Part shown: piece by piece, positions 50,991 through 60,899 of the stretch
Layout of the letters: every line of letters begins with the position of its first letter
Position numbering within the stretch: position 1 is the stretch's first letter
Source: an uncultured delta proteobacterium
GTDB taxonomy: Bacteria > Desulfobacterota > Binatia > UBA9968
DNA: 64,000 nt
Direction of reading: 5' to 3'
Assembly: GCA_963755715.1 (NCBI GenBank)
Contig: CAVWLW010000044.1
Coordinates: 1-64,000 of the forward strand
The notes under the pieces: model-generated
Told to the model about the DNA's origin: nothing
Database searches by the model: none
What the model saw: only the letters and a program-made list of their open reading frames with translations
Translations under genes and position numbers: made by a program

Positions 50991-51947
50991 ATGGAAACAG
51001 TCGGTTTCATCGGTCTTGGCAACATGGGCGGACCCGTCGCCGGACACATTCAGAGCGCCGGCTTTCCGATGATCGTGTTTGATCTGCGCGAGGAAGCTAC
51101 GCATCCGTTTGAAGAGCGCGGCGCGAAGGTTGCCGACAGCGTCTCAGACTTGGCGCGCCGGAGCGACGTGATTCTCACGGCACTGCCGATGCCCGACGAT
51201 GTGGAGCAAGTCGCCTGCGGCGCCGCGGGGATCATCGAAGGAATCAGACCCGGCGCCGTCTACATCGACATCTCGACCAGCCCGCCGTCGCTCATTCGCA
51301 AGCTGGCACCCCTGTTTCGGGAAAAGGGCGCGCATGTTCTCGATGCGCCGGTCGCTTCGGGCCAACCCGGCGCCGCACGCGGCATTCATGAGGTGATGGT
51401 GGGCGGGGATAAAAACATCTTCGAGCGCGCCAAGCCGGTGCTCGAAGCGTTCGGCGACCAGGTGCTCTATGCCGGGCCGCTTGGTTCCGGGAGCATCTGC
51501 AAGCTCGTCCATCAGATGATCAACAGCACCCTATCCCAATCGATCGCCGAAGGACTCACCCTGGGCGTGAAAGCCGGGGTCGATACCGTAGCGCTCTGGG
51601 AATGCGTCCGGCGCGGTATGGTCGGACGGATGCATGTGCTGCACGTGCAAGTGCCGCAGACGGTTTTTCGCAATAATTATGCGACGGACACTTTCCCCCT
51701 CAAATTGCTACGCAAGGACGTCGGCTTGGCGACGGCGCTCGGCCGGGAACTGAACGTGCCCTTGCCACTGGCCAACATCGCGGAACAAAAACTCGTGGCC
51801 GCCGTCAACCGTGGTCTGGGCGATCAGTCAGCGTACACCGTCACCTTTCAACTTCAGGAAGAAGCGGCGCAGGTTAAACTACGCGCCGACGGCATCGACC
51901 CGCAGCAGGCGGGAAAATATATTTCAACGAACCCGGAAGCGAAGTAA
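50991..51947 (+). CDS. NAD(P)-dependent beta-hydroxyacid dehydrogenase (HIBADH/GarR-like)
   Basis: GFIGLGNMG, LDAPVASG, GSICKL, KDVGLA. Confidence 0.9.
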   Translation: METVGFIGLGNMGGPVAGHIQSAGFPMIVFDLREEATHPFEERGAKVADSVSDLARRSDVILTALPMPDDVEQVACGAAGIIEGIRPGAVYIDISTSPPSLIRKLAPLFREKGAHVLDAPVASGQPGAARGIHEVMVGGDKNIFERAKPVLEAFGDQVLYAGPLGSGSICKLVHQMINSTLSQSIAEGLTLGVKAGVDTVALWECVRRGMVGRMHVLHVQVPQTVFRNNYATDTFPLKLLRKDVGLATALGRELNVPLPLANIAEQKLVAAVNRGLGDQSAYTVTFQLQEEAAQVKLRADGIDPQQAGKYISTNPEAK

Positions 51948-52018
51948 ACGTTCGGCACCCATGCGCCCGAACAAACTGTTTAAAAGATCTGAACCGCTTC
52001 ACAGATACGAGGTGATCT

Positions 52019-53152
52019 ATGGCCAACAACGGTTTCAAAGTTTTAGACAGCGACATGCACATCCTCGAGCCTGCCGATCTCTGGCAGCGTTACATCGATA
52101 AGAAATTTAAACACCGCGCGCCCATCGGCACCACCGATCATGTGCGGGACTTGCGCCTTGTCGGTCCAGACGGCCGCGCCTGGGGCCGCCCGGCCGATCC
52201 GCCACCTGGAACACTTCCCCCGCCGGGTCACATTTTTCACAAGAATCAGAAACTCTTTAAAACTCACAACGAGCGTGGCTGGTCGTCACAAGTTCAGCTC
52301 GACGCCATGGAAGAAGAAGGAATAGATCTCGCTATTCTCTACCCGAGCCGCGGGCTGAACGTTCTGAGCATCCCGCAATTGGATCGCGAATTCGCCGCCG
52401 CGCTGGCGCGTGCCTACAATGACTGGCTTTACGAATTCTGCCAGGCCGACCCGAGCAAGCTTGTCGGCGCCGGTATGATTTCGCCCTTCAACATCGAGGA
52501 CGCGATCGCCGAGACGCGCCGTTGCGTCGAGCAATTAGGTTTTCGCGCGATTTTTCTCCGCGCCAATATCGTCAATGGGCACAACTGGCACGAGCCCTAT
52601 TACGAGCCGCTTTGGTCCGCACTCGAAGATCTCGGCGTGCCGCTCGGCTTTCATGAGGCGAACAACTCGGCGGCGCGCCAGGTCGGCGAACAGTTCGGTT
52701 ATGATTTCATGCTGCGGCATACTTTTTCCCATCCCGTGGAACAGATGCTTGCCGTCGGTAGCTTCTGCGGCGGCGGGATTTTAGACCGCCATCCAAAACT
52801 ACGCGTAGCATTTCTCGAAGGCAACTGCGGTTGGCTGCCCTTTCTCATGTGGCGTCTCGATGAACACTGGGAATTGTACGGCGATCAGTGGGCGCCACAG
52901 CTTCAAAATCCCCCGAGCTTTTACTTCAAGCGGCAGTGTTACGCGTCGGTCGAATGCGACGAGGAGCCAGCGAAGTACGCGATTGATTACCTCGGCAACG
53001 AGCGCTTGGTTTTTTCCACCGACTTTCCGCATGTCGATACCAAATATCCGAAGGCCGTCGAGCGCTTTCTCCAACTGCCGCTCACTGATGAAGACAAGCG
53101 AAAAATTCTCTGGGATAACTGCGCGGCTTATTACGGCGTCGTTGGAATGTAA
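52019..53152 (+). CDS. Amidohydrolase_2 family protein
   Basis: LDSDMH, RAYNDWL, AFLEGNCGW, FSTDFPH. Confidence 0.9.
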   Translation: MANNGFKVLDSDMHILEPADLWQRYIDKKFKHRAPIGTTDHVRDLRLVGPDGRAWGRPADPPPGTLPPPGHIFHKNQKLFKTHNERGWSSQVQLDAMEEEGIDLAILYPSRGLNVLSIPQLDREFAAALARAYNDWLYEFCQADPSKLVGAGMISPFNIEDAIAETRRCVEQLGFRAIFLRANIVNGHNWHEPYYEPLWSALEDLGVPLGFHEANNSAARQVGEQFGYDFMLRHTFSHPVEQMLAVGSFCGGGILDRHPKLRVAFLEGNCGWLPFLMWRLDEHWELYGDQWAPQLQNPPSFYFKRQCYASVECDEEPAKYAIDYLGNERLVFSTDFPHVDTKYPKAVERFLQLPLTDEDKRKILWDNCAAYYGVVGM

Positions 53153-53172
53153 TTGGAACGCGAGAATGGGTC

Positions 53173-54121
53173 ATGGCTAGAAACATTTTGGTGGCGCTTT
53201 GGCTTTTCGCCGAGATGTTATTGCCTCGGTCGTCCTCGGCGGCCGACGCGCAACAAAAAGTTCGGATCGGATATCCGTCGTCAGCCGTTTCGACCCTTCC
53301 CTTCGACATCGCCAAAGAGAAAGGCTTTTACACCAAAGCAGGTCTGGAGGTCGAATACATCCAGATGCGCAGCGCCATCGGCCCGCAAGCGATCTTGAAC
53401 GGAAATATTAACTTCTTCACTTCGCCGCAAGCCGCGATCAACGCTGCGGTCGCCGGCTTGCCTCTCGTGGTCGTGCTGTCACTTTACCGCGACACGCCTG
53501 TGGGTGTTGGTGACAAGTAAAGACATTGCCAAACCCCAGGATCTCGCAGGCAAAAAGATCGCGATCTCCGACATCCGATCGTCGCCCTACTATTTCGCGC
53601 GCGCCGGATTGAAGAAACTCGCATTAGACGAGAAGCAGGTCAGCCTTGTCACCACCGGCGGGACTTCGAACAGTTTCGCGACGCTCGCAACCAATCAGGT
53701 AGCTGGGGCGGTCTTGAGCCCGCCGTTTGACGACAAGGCGGTTTCCTCCGGCTATAAGAAATTTCTTTTTCTCGGCGACCTCGCGGATATTCCCTACGTC
53801 GGACTGTTTACGTCCCAATCTGAGATTCGCAATAGCCGCGACCGGATTAGAAAAACTATATCGGCGGTGCTGGACGCGGTCGCATGGCAGCGCGCCAACC
53901 GCGCTGAAACTATCAAGATAATTGCCGCGCGCTTCAAAATCAGCGCAAACGAGGCGGAACATTCCTACGAGACTATCATCGGCATTCTTTCGCCCGACGG
54001 CGCCATGGATTTGAAAAAAGTGCGCGGCTACTTGACGCTGCTCCGAGAAGAACGGCCCCTACCGGAAAGTTTGGATGCCGAGAAATTGGTCGATTTCTCG
54101 ATGTTGCCATCGGCGCGCTAG
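53173..54121 (+). CDS. NMT1/SsuA-type substrate-binding protein; frameshift at ~53500
   Basis: IAKEKGFYTKAGLE, then DLAGKKIAI in the next frame. Confidence 0.82.
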
Positions 54122-54147
54122 TTTGCTTTTATAAAACTATGGGATTC

Positions 54148-54649
54148 GTGACAAAACCAACCTGCCAGCGCACTTTGTTTTTGGGTCATGATTGTCGCGG
54201 CGGCAAACGTCTTTGCGGCTGCGGACCCAGTGGAAGAAATCTTAAAGGAACAAACCAAAGCACGGCAGGAGCAAAAGGCAAAAGAGCAACAACGCCAAGA
54301 ACAAATCGAAAATTTGAAGCGCGACCGGGAAATCAATCAGGCGCAGCAGCAATTGGATCAGCTCAAGCAATCAAAGCCGGAGGCTTCTCAGCCGCAGCAA
54401 CCCGACGCCGCGCAGGCGCAACGGCAATTGGATCAGCTGAAAAACGATCAGCAGCTGCAGCGTTTGCAAACCGATCAGCAGATCAATCGAATCCAGCGCG
54501 AGCCCGACCCTTTGCGCCAGCAACAGCAGATCGACAATTTGCAGCGCCAGCAGCGGATCGACTCTCTCCAGGATCAAATTCGCCGCAACCAAACTCAGCA
54601 AGATTTGGATCGCCTGCGGCAGCAGCAGAATACGAGGCCGACAAGGTAG
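54148..54649 (+). CDS. Gln-rich secreted coiled-coil protein; probable GTG start at 54148 with a 1-nt error, uninterrupted ORF from 54188
   Basis: 42 Gln in 153 aa; QQ(I/L)DxL repeats; hydrophobic leader ending VFA-A. Confidence 0.7.
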
Positions 54650-54672
54650 AAAGCGGGTTCAAACCTGCCTAC
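54646..54672. repeat. GTAG-type REP-like hairpin
   Basis: gtag-aaa-gcgggtt-ca-aacctgc-ctac between convergent genes. Confidence 0.45.
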
Positions 54673-54701
54673 GAGTATTTGTCGATTTCGCCATCGACTG
54701 A

Positions 54702-55819
54702 TTAGCTTAATTTTTCTTTCAGCCATTGAACGATCACCGCCTGAGCATCGCCGCCGCCCATGTGACCGCCGGGATAAAAACGCGCGGCTTTCGGGGTGCC
54801 GTGTTCGAGCAAGAGATACATATCGGCGATCGGAAAGACGCTATCGTTGACGCCGTTGACGCAGAGTAGCGGCGCGCAGGGTTTGTCGAGAATTCCCTGA
54901 TCGATCAGCGAAAGCTTCGGCGCGTATTCGACCCATTCTTGCGCCGTGGAACGGCCGAAGGCGCAGGCCAAAGTCTCGGCTAATTCGAACGGATACTCAC
55001 CGCGCTGCGCGTTGACAATCCAATCTTTTTGAAACGCAAAATGAGCCGGACCGCCTTGGTTCACCGCCGCGCGCAATCGTGCCGCATGCGTGTGCGCGAC
55101 TTTCGTCGCCCAATAACCACCCGTGCTGCCGCCATGAACGCCGACGCGATCCGAATCGAGATCCGAACGACTCGCGATGAAGTCGAAGACTGCGTCCCAT
55201 AGTCGTTCGCCGTTCTCCGACCCGGCGAGGGGCGCGTCGGCCACGCCGGGCATGTCGATCGCGAGCGGCGCCAGGCCAGCCTTCAAATATGGCTCGCTGG
55301 CGCGCTCTTCTTTGAAGGCATCGATGCCGCCCCAGACAACCACAACCGGAGGCTTGGCGACTCCTTGGGTTTTCGCAGGAGACCGACGGCATCTTGCCTT
55401 CTCCCGCGCGTCCGGCAAACGGCATCTCTACGCGCTCCAACGGTGGATCGAAATAGCGCGCGGCTTTAAGAAAATATTCCTGAGACTTTCGGTACGCGGC
55501 CAGTTTGCCGGGTGAATTCGGCGCCGGATAACGCGCCACGTGCTGACAGTCATAGGCAATCAAATACTCCCTACGGGCTGTATCGCTATCGCCCTTCGCT
55601 TCTGCCTGTGCGGCCCGCTCTTCGTGCGGCGCTGCCAACGCGCCGAACGCATTGGCCCATTCCTCCCGATCGACGGAACGCAGCCCGGTGATCACCGGCA
55701 GGACCTCTTGGAAAATTGTGTAGAGAAACGGATTGCGATTTTCTTGTGCGCGTTCGAACAGCTCGCGTTTCACTTCGTCGATCGGACGCGCTTCAAAGGC
55801 GCTCTCGCGTGTTTGTCAT
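54702..55819 (-). CDS. Alpha/beta hydrolase (FrsA/DUF1100-like); frameshifts at ~55390 and ~55795
   Basis: WGGIDAFKEE, AIDMPG, GGSTGG nucleophile elbow, NGVND, GGHMG. Confidence 0.8.
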
Positions 55820-55954
55820 TATCGTTTCTCCAGCAGTCAAATTCAGACGAACCGAAGGTAATCAAAGCCGAACGATCAAGTCAACGAATAATTCGCATTG
55901 GTGAACTGCCGGACGATTGACAGGAACTCGCTTTCTATAGCACTAATGCTTTAG

Positions 55955-56819
55955 ATGGCGTTCGAGCAAAACAATCAAGCAACCACTGGCGCGCCAAAAC
56001 CCAGGGGTCGCCGGCGTCGAGACGCTGCCGCCCTTTGCCGTGTCGTCGGCGCGCGACTTGACCGGCCGCCTCTTACCGCCGCTGCTTGCCGTCGCGAGCG
56101 TGATTCTCATCTGGTGGACGCTCTATCTGATCTATCCGCGACTGTTGCCGAGTCCGCTGAGCACCGTTAGGGAAGCGATCCGGTTGGTTTCCGACGGCAC
56201 TTTCTTTTTCCATATGTATCAAAGCTTGCGGCGCGTATTCGTCGGCGCCGTGATCGCGATGTTCTTTAGCGTCGGCGTCGGTATCTATATGGGCACGGTC
56301 GTCATGGGCGAGCGCTTTTTCCAGCCCTTGGTCGTGCTCGGTCTCACCATCCCCGGCTTGATGTGGGCGCTCATCGCCGTCATGCTCTTCGGCATCAATG
56401 AGTTTTCGCCCTACTTCGCGGTGACGGTCACGATCTTTCCCATGCTGGTCATCAATATTTGGGCGGGAGTAAAATCCCTCGATAAAGAGCTCATGGACAT
56501 GAGCCACGTCTTTCATTTTACCAAGTGGATGAAAATCTCTCAGGTGATCCTGCCGCAACTGGTGCCGAATATTTTTGCCGCGACTCGGTACGGCTTGGGT
56601 CTCGCGTGGAAGGTCGTCGTGGTCGTCGAGATGTTCGGTACCAGCAACGGCGTTGGCTATCAGGTCATGAAAGCTTATCAAGTCTTCAACATGGAAGGTG
56701 TCATCGCCTGGACGCTTACATTCGTCGTGGCTATGATCGTGATCGAATACGGCATCATCAATTTGGCCGAACGGCGCCTTACCGCATGGCGTCCCAAGAT
56801 CGACGTCTGGAGACGCTAG
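55955..56819 (+). CDS. NitT/TauT ABC permease (likely start 55955 with a 1-nt error; uninterrupted from 56040)
   Basis: LLPSP, SLRRV, ILPQLVP, AWKVVVVVE. Confidence 0.87.
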
Positions 56820-57581
56820 ATGGCGGAGCTATTAGTCAAAGACGCGGAGAAATGGTTTCGCCGCGAGGATGGCGAGCCGTTCAAAGTGATCGACCGGCTA
56901 TCATTCGAGGCCCGCGAAGGTTGTGTCACGGTTCTAATCGGGCCGTCGGGATGCGGCAAATCGACGTTGCTCAATTCCGTCGTCGGCTTGGAAACGCTCG
57001 ACCGCGGCGAGCTGCTTTTCACCGTCGAGGGGCAAACTCGAGAACGCCCGCTCATCGGTTATGTCTTTCAAAGCCCGCGCTTGCTGCCGTGGAAAACCAT
57101 TGGTGAAAACATTAGTCTCGCGTTAAAAGGCGCGGGTATTGGCCGAACTGAATGGGACTCTCGCGTGGCGCATTACTTGAAGCTCGTGGGGCTCGAGGAA
57201 TATGTGAATCAATTTCCGTTATATCTTTCTGGTGGTCAGCGCCAGCGTGTCGGCTTGGCGCGCGCCTTGGCGGTCGAGTCGGACATTGTGCTGATGGACG
57301 AGCCTTTCGCGAGCGTAGACGAGCTGACCGCGCGCCAGTTGCGTCAGACGACGCGGCGCCTATGCGAGCAACTACACCGCACAGTGCTTTTCGTTACCCA
57401 TAACCTGGCCGAAGCGGCCTACATGAGCGATTACGTCGTCACGTTGACCAACCGCCCGGCACGTCTCGATGCCTACGTAACCAGTCCGCTACACTCACCG
57501 CGCCACTGGGGACCGGAGATTTATAATTTTGCCGCCGAGCTGGAAACCAAAGTGACTCTGAAGGAGGATGAAGGATCATGA
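56820..57581 (+). CDS. NitT/TauT ABC ATPase
   Basis: GPSGCGKST, LSGGQRQR, LMDEPF. Confidence 0.93.
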   Translation: MAELLVKDAEKWFRREDGEPFKVIDRLSFEAREGCVTVLIGPSGCGKSTLLNSVVGLETLDRGELLFTVEGQTRERPLIGYVFQSPRLLPWKTIGENISLALKGAGIGRTEWDSRVAHYLKLVGLEEYVNQFPLYLSGGQRQRVGLARALAVESDIVLMDEPFASVDELTARQLRQTTRRLCEQLHRTVLFVTHNLAEAAYMSDYVVTLTNRPARLDAYVTSPLHSPRHWGPEIYNFAAELETKVTLKEDEGS

Positions 57582-58549
57582 AAACGAGACGGGATTATTT
57601 GCGTTTGCTGATTTTTCTAGTGACGTCATGTCTCGCCGATCCGGCGTTAGCCGGGCAAGCTATGCAGACGATCAACATCGCCACCAGCGCCGCCGGCCAG
57701 TCCGGTTACATCGCCGCCCTGATTGAAAACAAAAAGCTCGACGTCAAATACGGCATTAAGATCAATAACATGATGATGGACTTCACCGAAGCGGCAAACG
57801 CGGTGAAGCTCGGCCGAACTACGGCGAGTTCCATGCAACCGAGCACCGCGGTGAACCTGGTAAAAAGCGGCACGGACATTCGTCTGATCACGCCACAGAT
57901 TTGGTCCGGCAACTCCTGGGTCGTGCGCAAGGATGCGCCGTACAAATCTTTCGGCGACCTCAAAGGCAAAAAGATCGGCAACTTCGCGCGTGTTACCGGG
58001 GCCTATTTTTTCTCCGCGGTCATCGCTAAGGAGCAGAAGCTCGACATCGAGAAAGATTTTCAAAACGTGCCGGCTGAAACGGGCGCGCTGATCGCTCTTT
58101 TAGAACGGGGCGAGGTCGAGGCGATCAATATGTTCGAGCCGCACACCACGAGATTGGTGATGTCCGGCAAGTATCGGGTGCTCGCCGATTTCGACATCGA
58201 GCTCGAGAATATCTTTGGCGCGCCGCCGCTCAAATCGACCGTGGGTATGCTCAAGGAGACGGTGGAAAAACAGCCCGCGCTGGTCAAGGCCATTCGCAGC
58301 GCCTATGGGGATGCGATTCAGGTGATTAAAGCGGGGCAGGACGAAGAGTTTTTCAAGTCGAAAGCGAAAGAGCTATTCAATTTGAGCACGCCGGAAGAGA
58401 TCGCTGCAGGGCTGAAACAGAACAAAGCCAATTTTGCCGATAAGTGGGGCGAGAGCTTCTTTCAGTCACAGAACAAAATTTTGCAATCGGGCATTTCCTT
58501 GGGCTTGCTGCCGAATATCGGCGATCTGAATAATCTCTGGATCAAGTAG
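57578..58549 (+). CDS. NitT/TauT ABC substrate-binding protein
   Basis: Signal peptide; DLKGKKIG, LERGEVEA; ATGA overlap with the ATPase stop. Confidence 0.87.
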   Translation: MKTRRDYLRLLIFLVTSCLADPALAGQAMQTINIATSAAGQSGYIAALIENKKLDVKYGIKINNMMMDFTEAANAVKLGRTTASSMQPSTAVNLVKSGTDIRLITPQIWSGNSWVVRKDAPYKSFGDLKGKKIGNFARVTGAYFFSAVIAKEQKLDIEKDFQNVPAETGALIALLERGEVEAINMFEPHTTRLVMSGKYRVLADFDIELENIFGAPPLKSTVGMLKETVEKQPALVKAIRSAYGDAIQVIKAGQDEEFFKSKAKELFNLSTPEEIAAGLKQNKANFADKWGESFFQSQNKILQSGISLGLLPNIGDLNNLWIK

Positions 58550-58585
58550 CGCGGGTTGGCTTTTAATGGAGATCTCTGATGGGAC

Positions 58586-59437
58586 CTATCTGTTTGCCAA
58601 GATCTGCTTGCGCACCCATGCCGCCACGTCGCCCCGGCGCGCCAGCCAAACGTCCTTATGACTCGTCGCATAAGCGACGATCTGCTCGAATGTATCGATC
58701 AAAGGAATGCGCGAGCTCAGGTAAGCGTGGGAGATCACGTTCATCATCGTCGGGTTCGCGTCGCCGATCTTGTAGCGGTAGTCGAATTCGTCCTTGAATT
58801 TTTCAAAGAATTCGTGGCGCGTCCCCTCTTCCTGGGTTCGATGATCGTTGATCGTATACTGGTGTGGAAACTCGACTAACAATTTATCTCCCACCCAGAT
58901 TGGATACGGCATCTCGTCGTCGTGAAAATCGCAGTGGTACTCCAAGCCGGTTTCCACCAGGAGCTCTACCGTGTTGTCCGTCGGGCGCACACCGGGCGAT
59001 GACCAACCGGTGGGACGTTCGCCGGTGACTTTCACGATCGCATCGATAGTCTTTAGAATATTCTCGCGTTCCTGTTCGCGCGTTAGCATATAGAGGCGTT
59101 CGCCCATTTCCCAGCCATGAGCAACCAATTCATGTCCGCGCGCGTGGCAGTCCTTGACCAGGTCCGGGTAGTAAACACAGGTAAGACCGTTCAATGGAAT
59201 ACTGACTTTGAGATTGTACCTGTCGCAGATATCGAGGAGACGCTTCATGCCTATCTTCGGGCCAAAGTCTCGAAAAGTTTCCGTGGACCAGTCCCATTTG
59301 TAGAGCGCGTCTTTGGGGAGCGGCGATTGCAGGGCGGCTCCCTGGGTCGGCTTCGTCCGATCCCAGGCTTCGAGTGCGATGCCAAGCACAAACGCAACGC
59401 GAGCATTATTCGGCCATTTTATCGGATGTTCAGCCAT
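58586..59437 (-). CDS. Polysaccharide deacetylase family protein (PuuE-like)
   Basis: WPNNARVA, GHELVAHG, GERPTGWSSPG, DVWLA. Confidence 0.87.
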   Translation of the reverse strand: MAEHPIKWPNNARVAFVLGIALEAWDRTKPTQGAALQSPLPKDALYKWDWSTETFRDFGPKIGMKRLLDICDRYNLKVSIPLNGLTCVYYPDLVKDCHARGHELVAHGWEMGERLYMLTREQERENILKTIDAIVKVTGERPTGWSSPGVRPTDNTVELLVETGLEYHCDFHDDEMPYPIWVGDKLLVEFPHQYTINDHRTQEEGTRHEFFEKFKDEFDYRYKIGDANPTMMNVISHAYLSSRIPLIDTFEQIVAYATSHKDVWLARRGDVAAWVRKQILANR

Positions 59438-59776
59438 GGCGATCCTTTCACGATTGAATTCTTAACTTCCTAGGACGGTGAGCGGCACAGGGTTGCCATC
59501 GACCGAAAACGCAAGCAAATCGCCTCGTTCAACACGCCGCGAAATAACTCATTTGCATCGATCTTGTCTTCGCTCGTGCGGTGAAACATAACAACCGAGC
59601 TTTTGCGTTGTCAACTGAAACCGTGCGTGCGCGGCAAACGCGATTCATGCCAGCGCGGCTCTTTTGCCGGCGTATGAAAACCGATAGCGGATCTGAAAGG
59701 ACGGCTAAGAAAGGCGTGGCGATGTTGGCAAGGGATCTTATCGGATCGTCAATAGAGCCAACGGCAATATCGAACA

Positions 59777-60461
59777 CTACCCAGGAACGTTACCGACTCC
59801 GTGCGCGTTTTGAATTCCTTTCCAGGTCACGAACAGCGTCGGCTCACTGGGGGGCGGCAATTTGGAACGATTGCTGCGACGCATATACATCTTCACCCAA
59901 TAGTCATAAAAGTATTCCAAATCCTGCTTGGCCTGCTCCAAGCGGCCTTCAGTGCTCTCATAAGTCACGGTTACCCATTTTCCACGTAGTGAAATTGCCG
60001 ACAACGTCGCGACATCCCGGTTATCCAAATAAGAGCCTGTACCGCGTAGAATTTGCGAGATACTGTAGGGATCGGGCATCTTGCTTGAGTCCTGGCGCTT
60101 GACTTTTCCGCGCGCGTCGAACTGCTCGATCTCGTCCGGCGAAAAGCGTAAGTCCATCTGGTTTTGCGCATAAGTCAGCGTAGTCCGTGGCATGGTACCC
60201 TGAAACAATTCGCGTAAGAATCGAGAAAACGAAAATTTAATTTCGGTCCGCGGTCACGGCTCTGCCAGTGACAACGTAGATGCCGCTTTTCAACTCAAGA
60301 TCGAAAGCGGAAAATTTGAATTTCTCCAGCGCCTGACCGAGCGCGCGCAACTGCTTCGCAAATCCGCGCACGTCCGCGGCCGCGCTTTCTGCGGAGTTCC
60401 CGAACATCTCGCGTTCCTCAATAGAATAATTTTGGGCGATCTGAGCAGTATTTTGCTTCAT
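59777..60461 (-). CDS. Hypothetical protein (~225 aa); joined across a frameshift at ~60240
   Basis: Removing one A joins ORFs 60237-60461 and 59777-60208 (…ADRIKFSFSRFLRELFQ…); internal repeat AKQLRALGQALE / SQILRGTGSYLD. Confidence 0.7.
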
Positions 60462-60489
60462 AGTGCACTCCAAGCATACCAATGATAAA

Positions 60490-60610
60490 ATTTTCGCTTT
60501 CGGCAGCTCGGCGGTCAGAGCAGCTATCAACACATCGGCTGACAACCGTTGGACCCGTAGCTTTCCGCCCTCTTCTCGCGAAGAGTTCGGCTTTTTCAGG
60601 CGAGTAAAAT
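60490..60610 (-). ncRNA. c-di-GMP-I (GEMM-I) riboswitch
   Basis: Minus strand reads AAAAG-CC-GAA-CUCUUC-GCGA-GAAGAG-GGC-GG-AAAG-CUACGGGUC...GACCGCCGAGCUGCCGAA, matching the GEMM P2 (GNRA loop), AAAG junction and P3 pattern. Confidence 0.85.
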
Positions 60611-60656
60611 TCTTTGATCGTACTTCCTCGGTGCGACTCCTCTGTCCCGCTGTTAC

Positions 60657-60672
60657 AGCAACGTTAATGCCA
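60657..60672 (-). promoter_or_regulatory. Sigma54 (-24/-12) promoter
   Basis: TGGCAT-TAACG-TTGCT on the minus strand, directly upstream of the riboswitch. Confidence 0.75.
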
Positions 60673-60899
60673 TAACCACACAGTCCAAGAAGTACTTTCG
60701 ATTCGGCGCTAGGTCTCTAGCGCCGGTTTTGCTCTGACAGGGTGACAGTCCGGCAAGTCAGGAAAGACAAAAGCGCGGCGGCACCGGCGCAATAAACCGC
60801 CGATAGTCTTTTAATGAGGAGAATTTAAGAAATTTCATTGTCGCGGTTGGTAAACTCGATCACCTTCAGAAATCGGCGAGAACTTACCTGTCGGTAAGA

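Noticed and set aside
60490-60610. 3',3'-cGAMP (GEMM-Ib) specificity
   Set aside because: The discriminating position aligns to G, not A, in my manual alignment; left open for experiment
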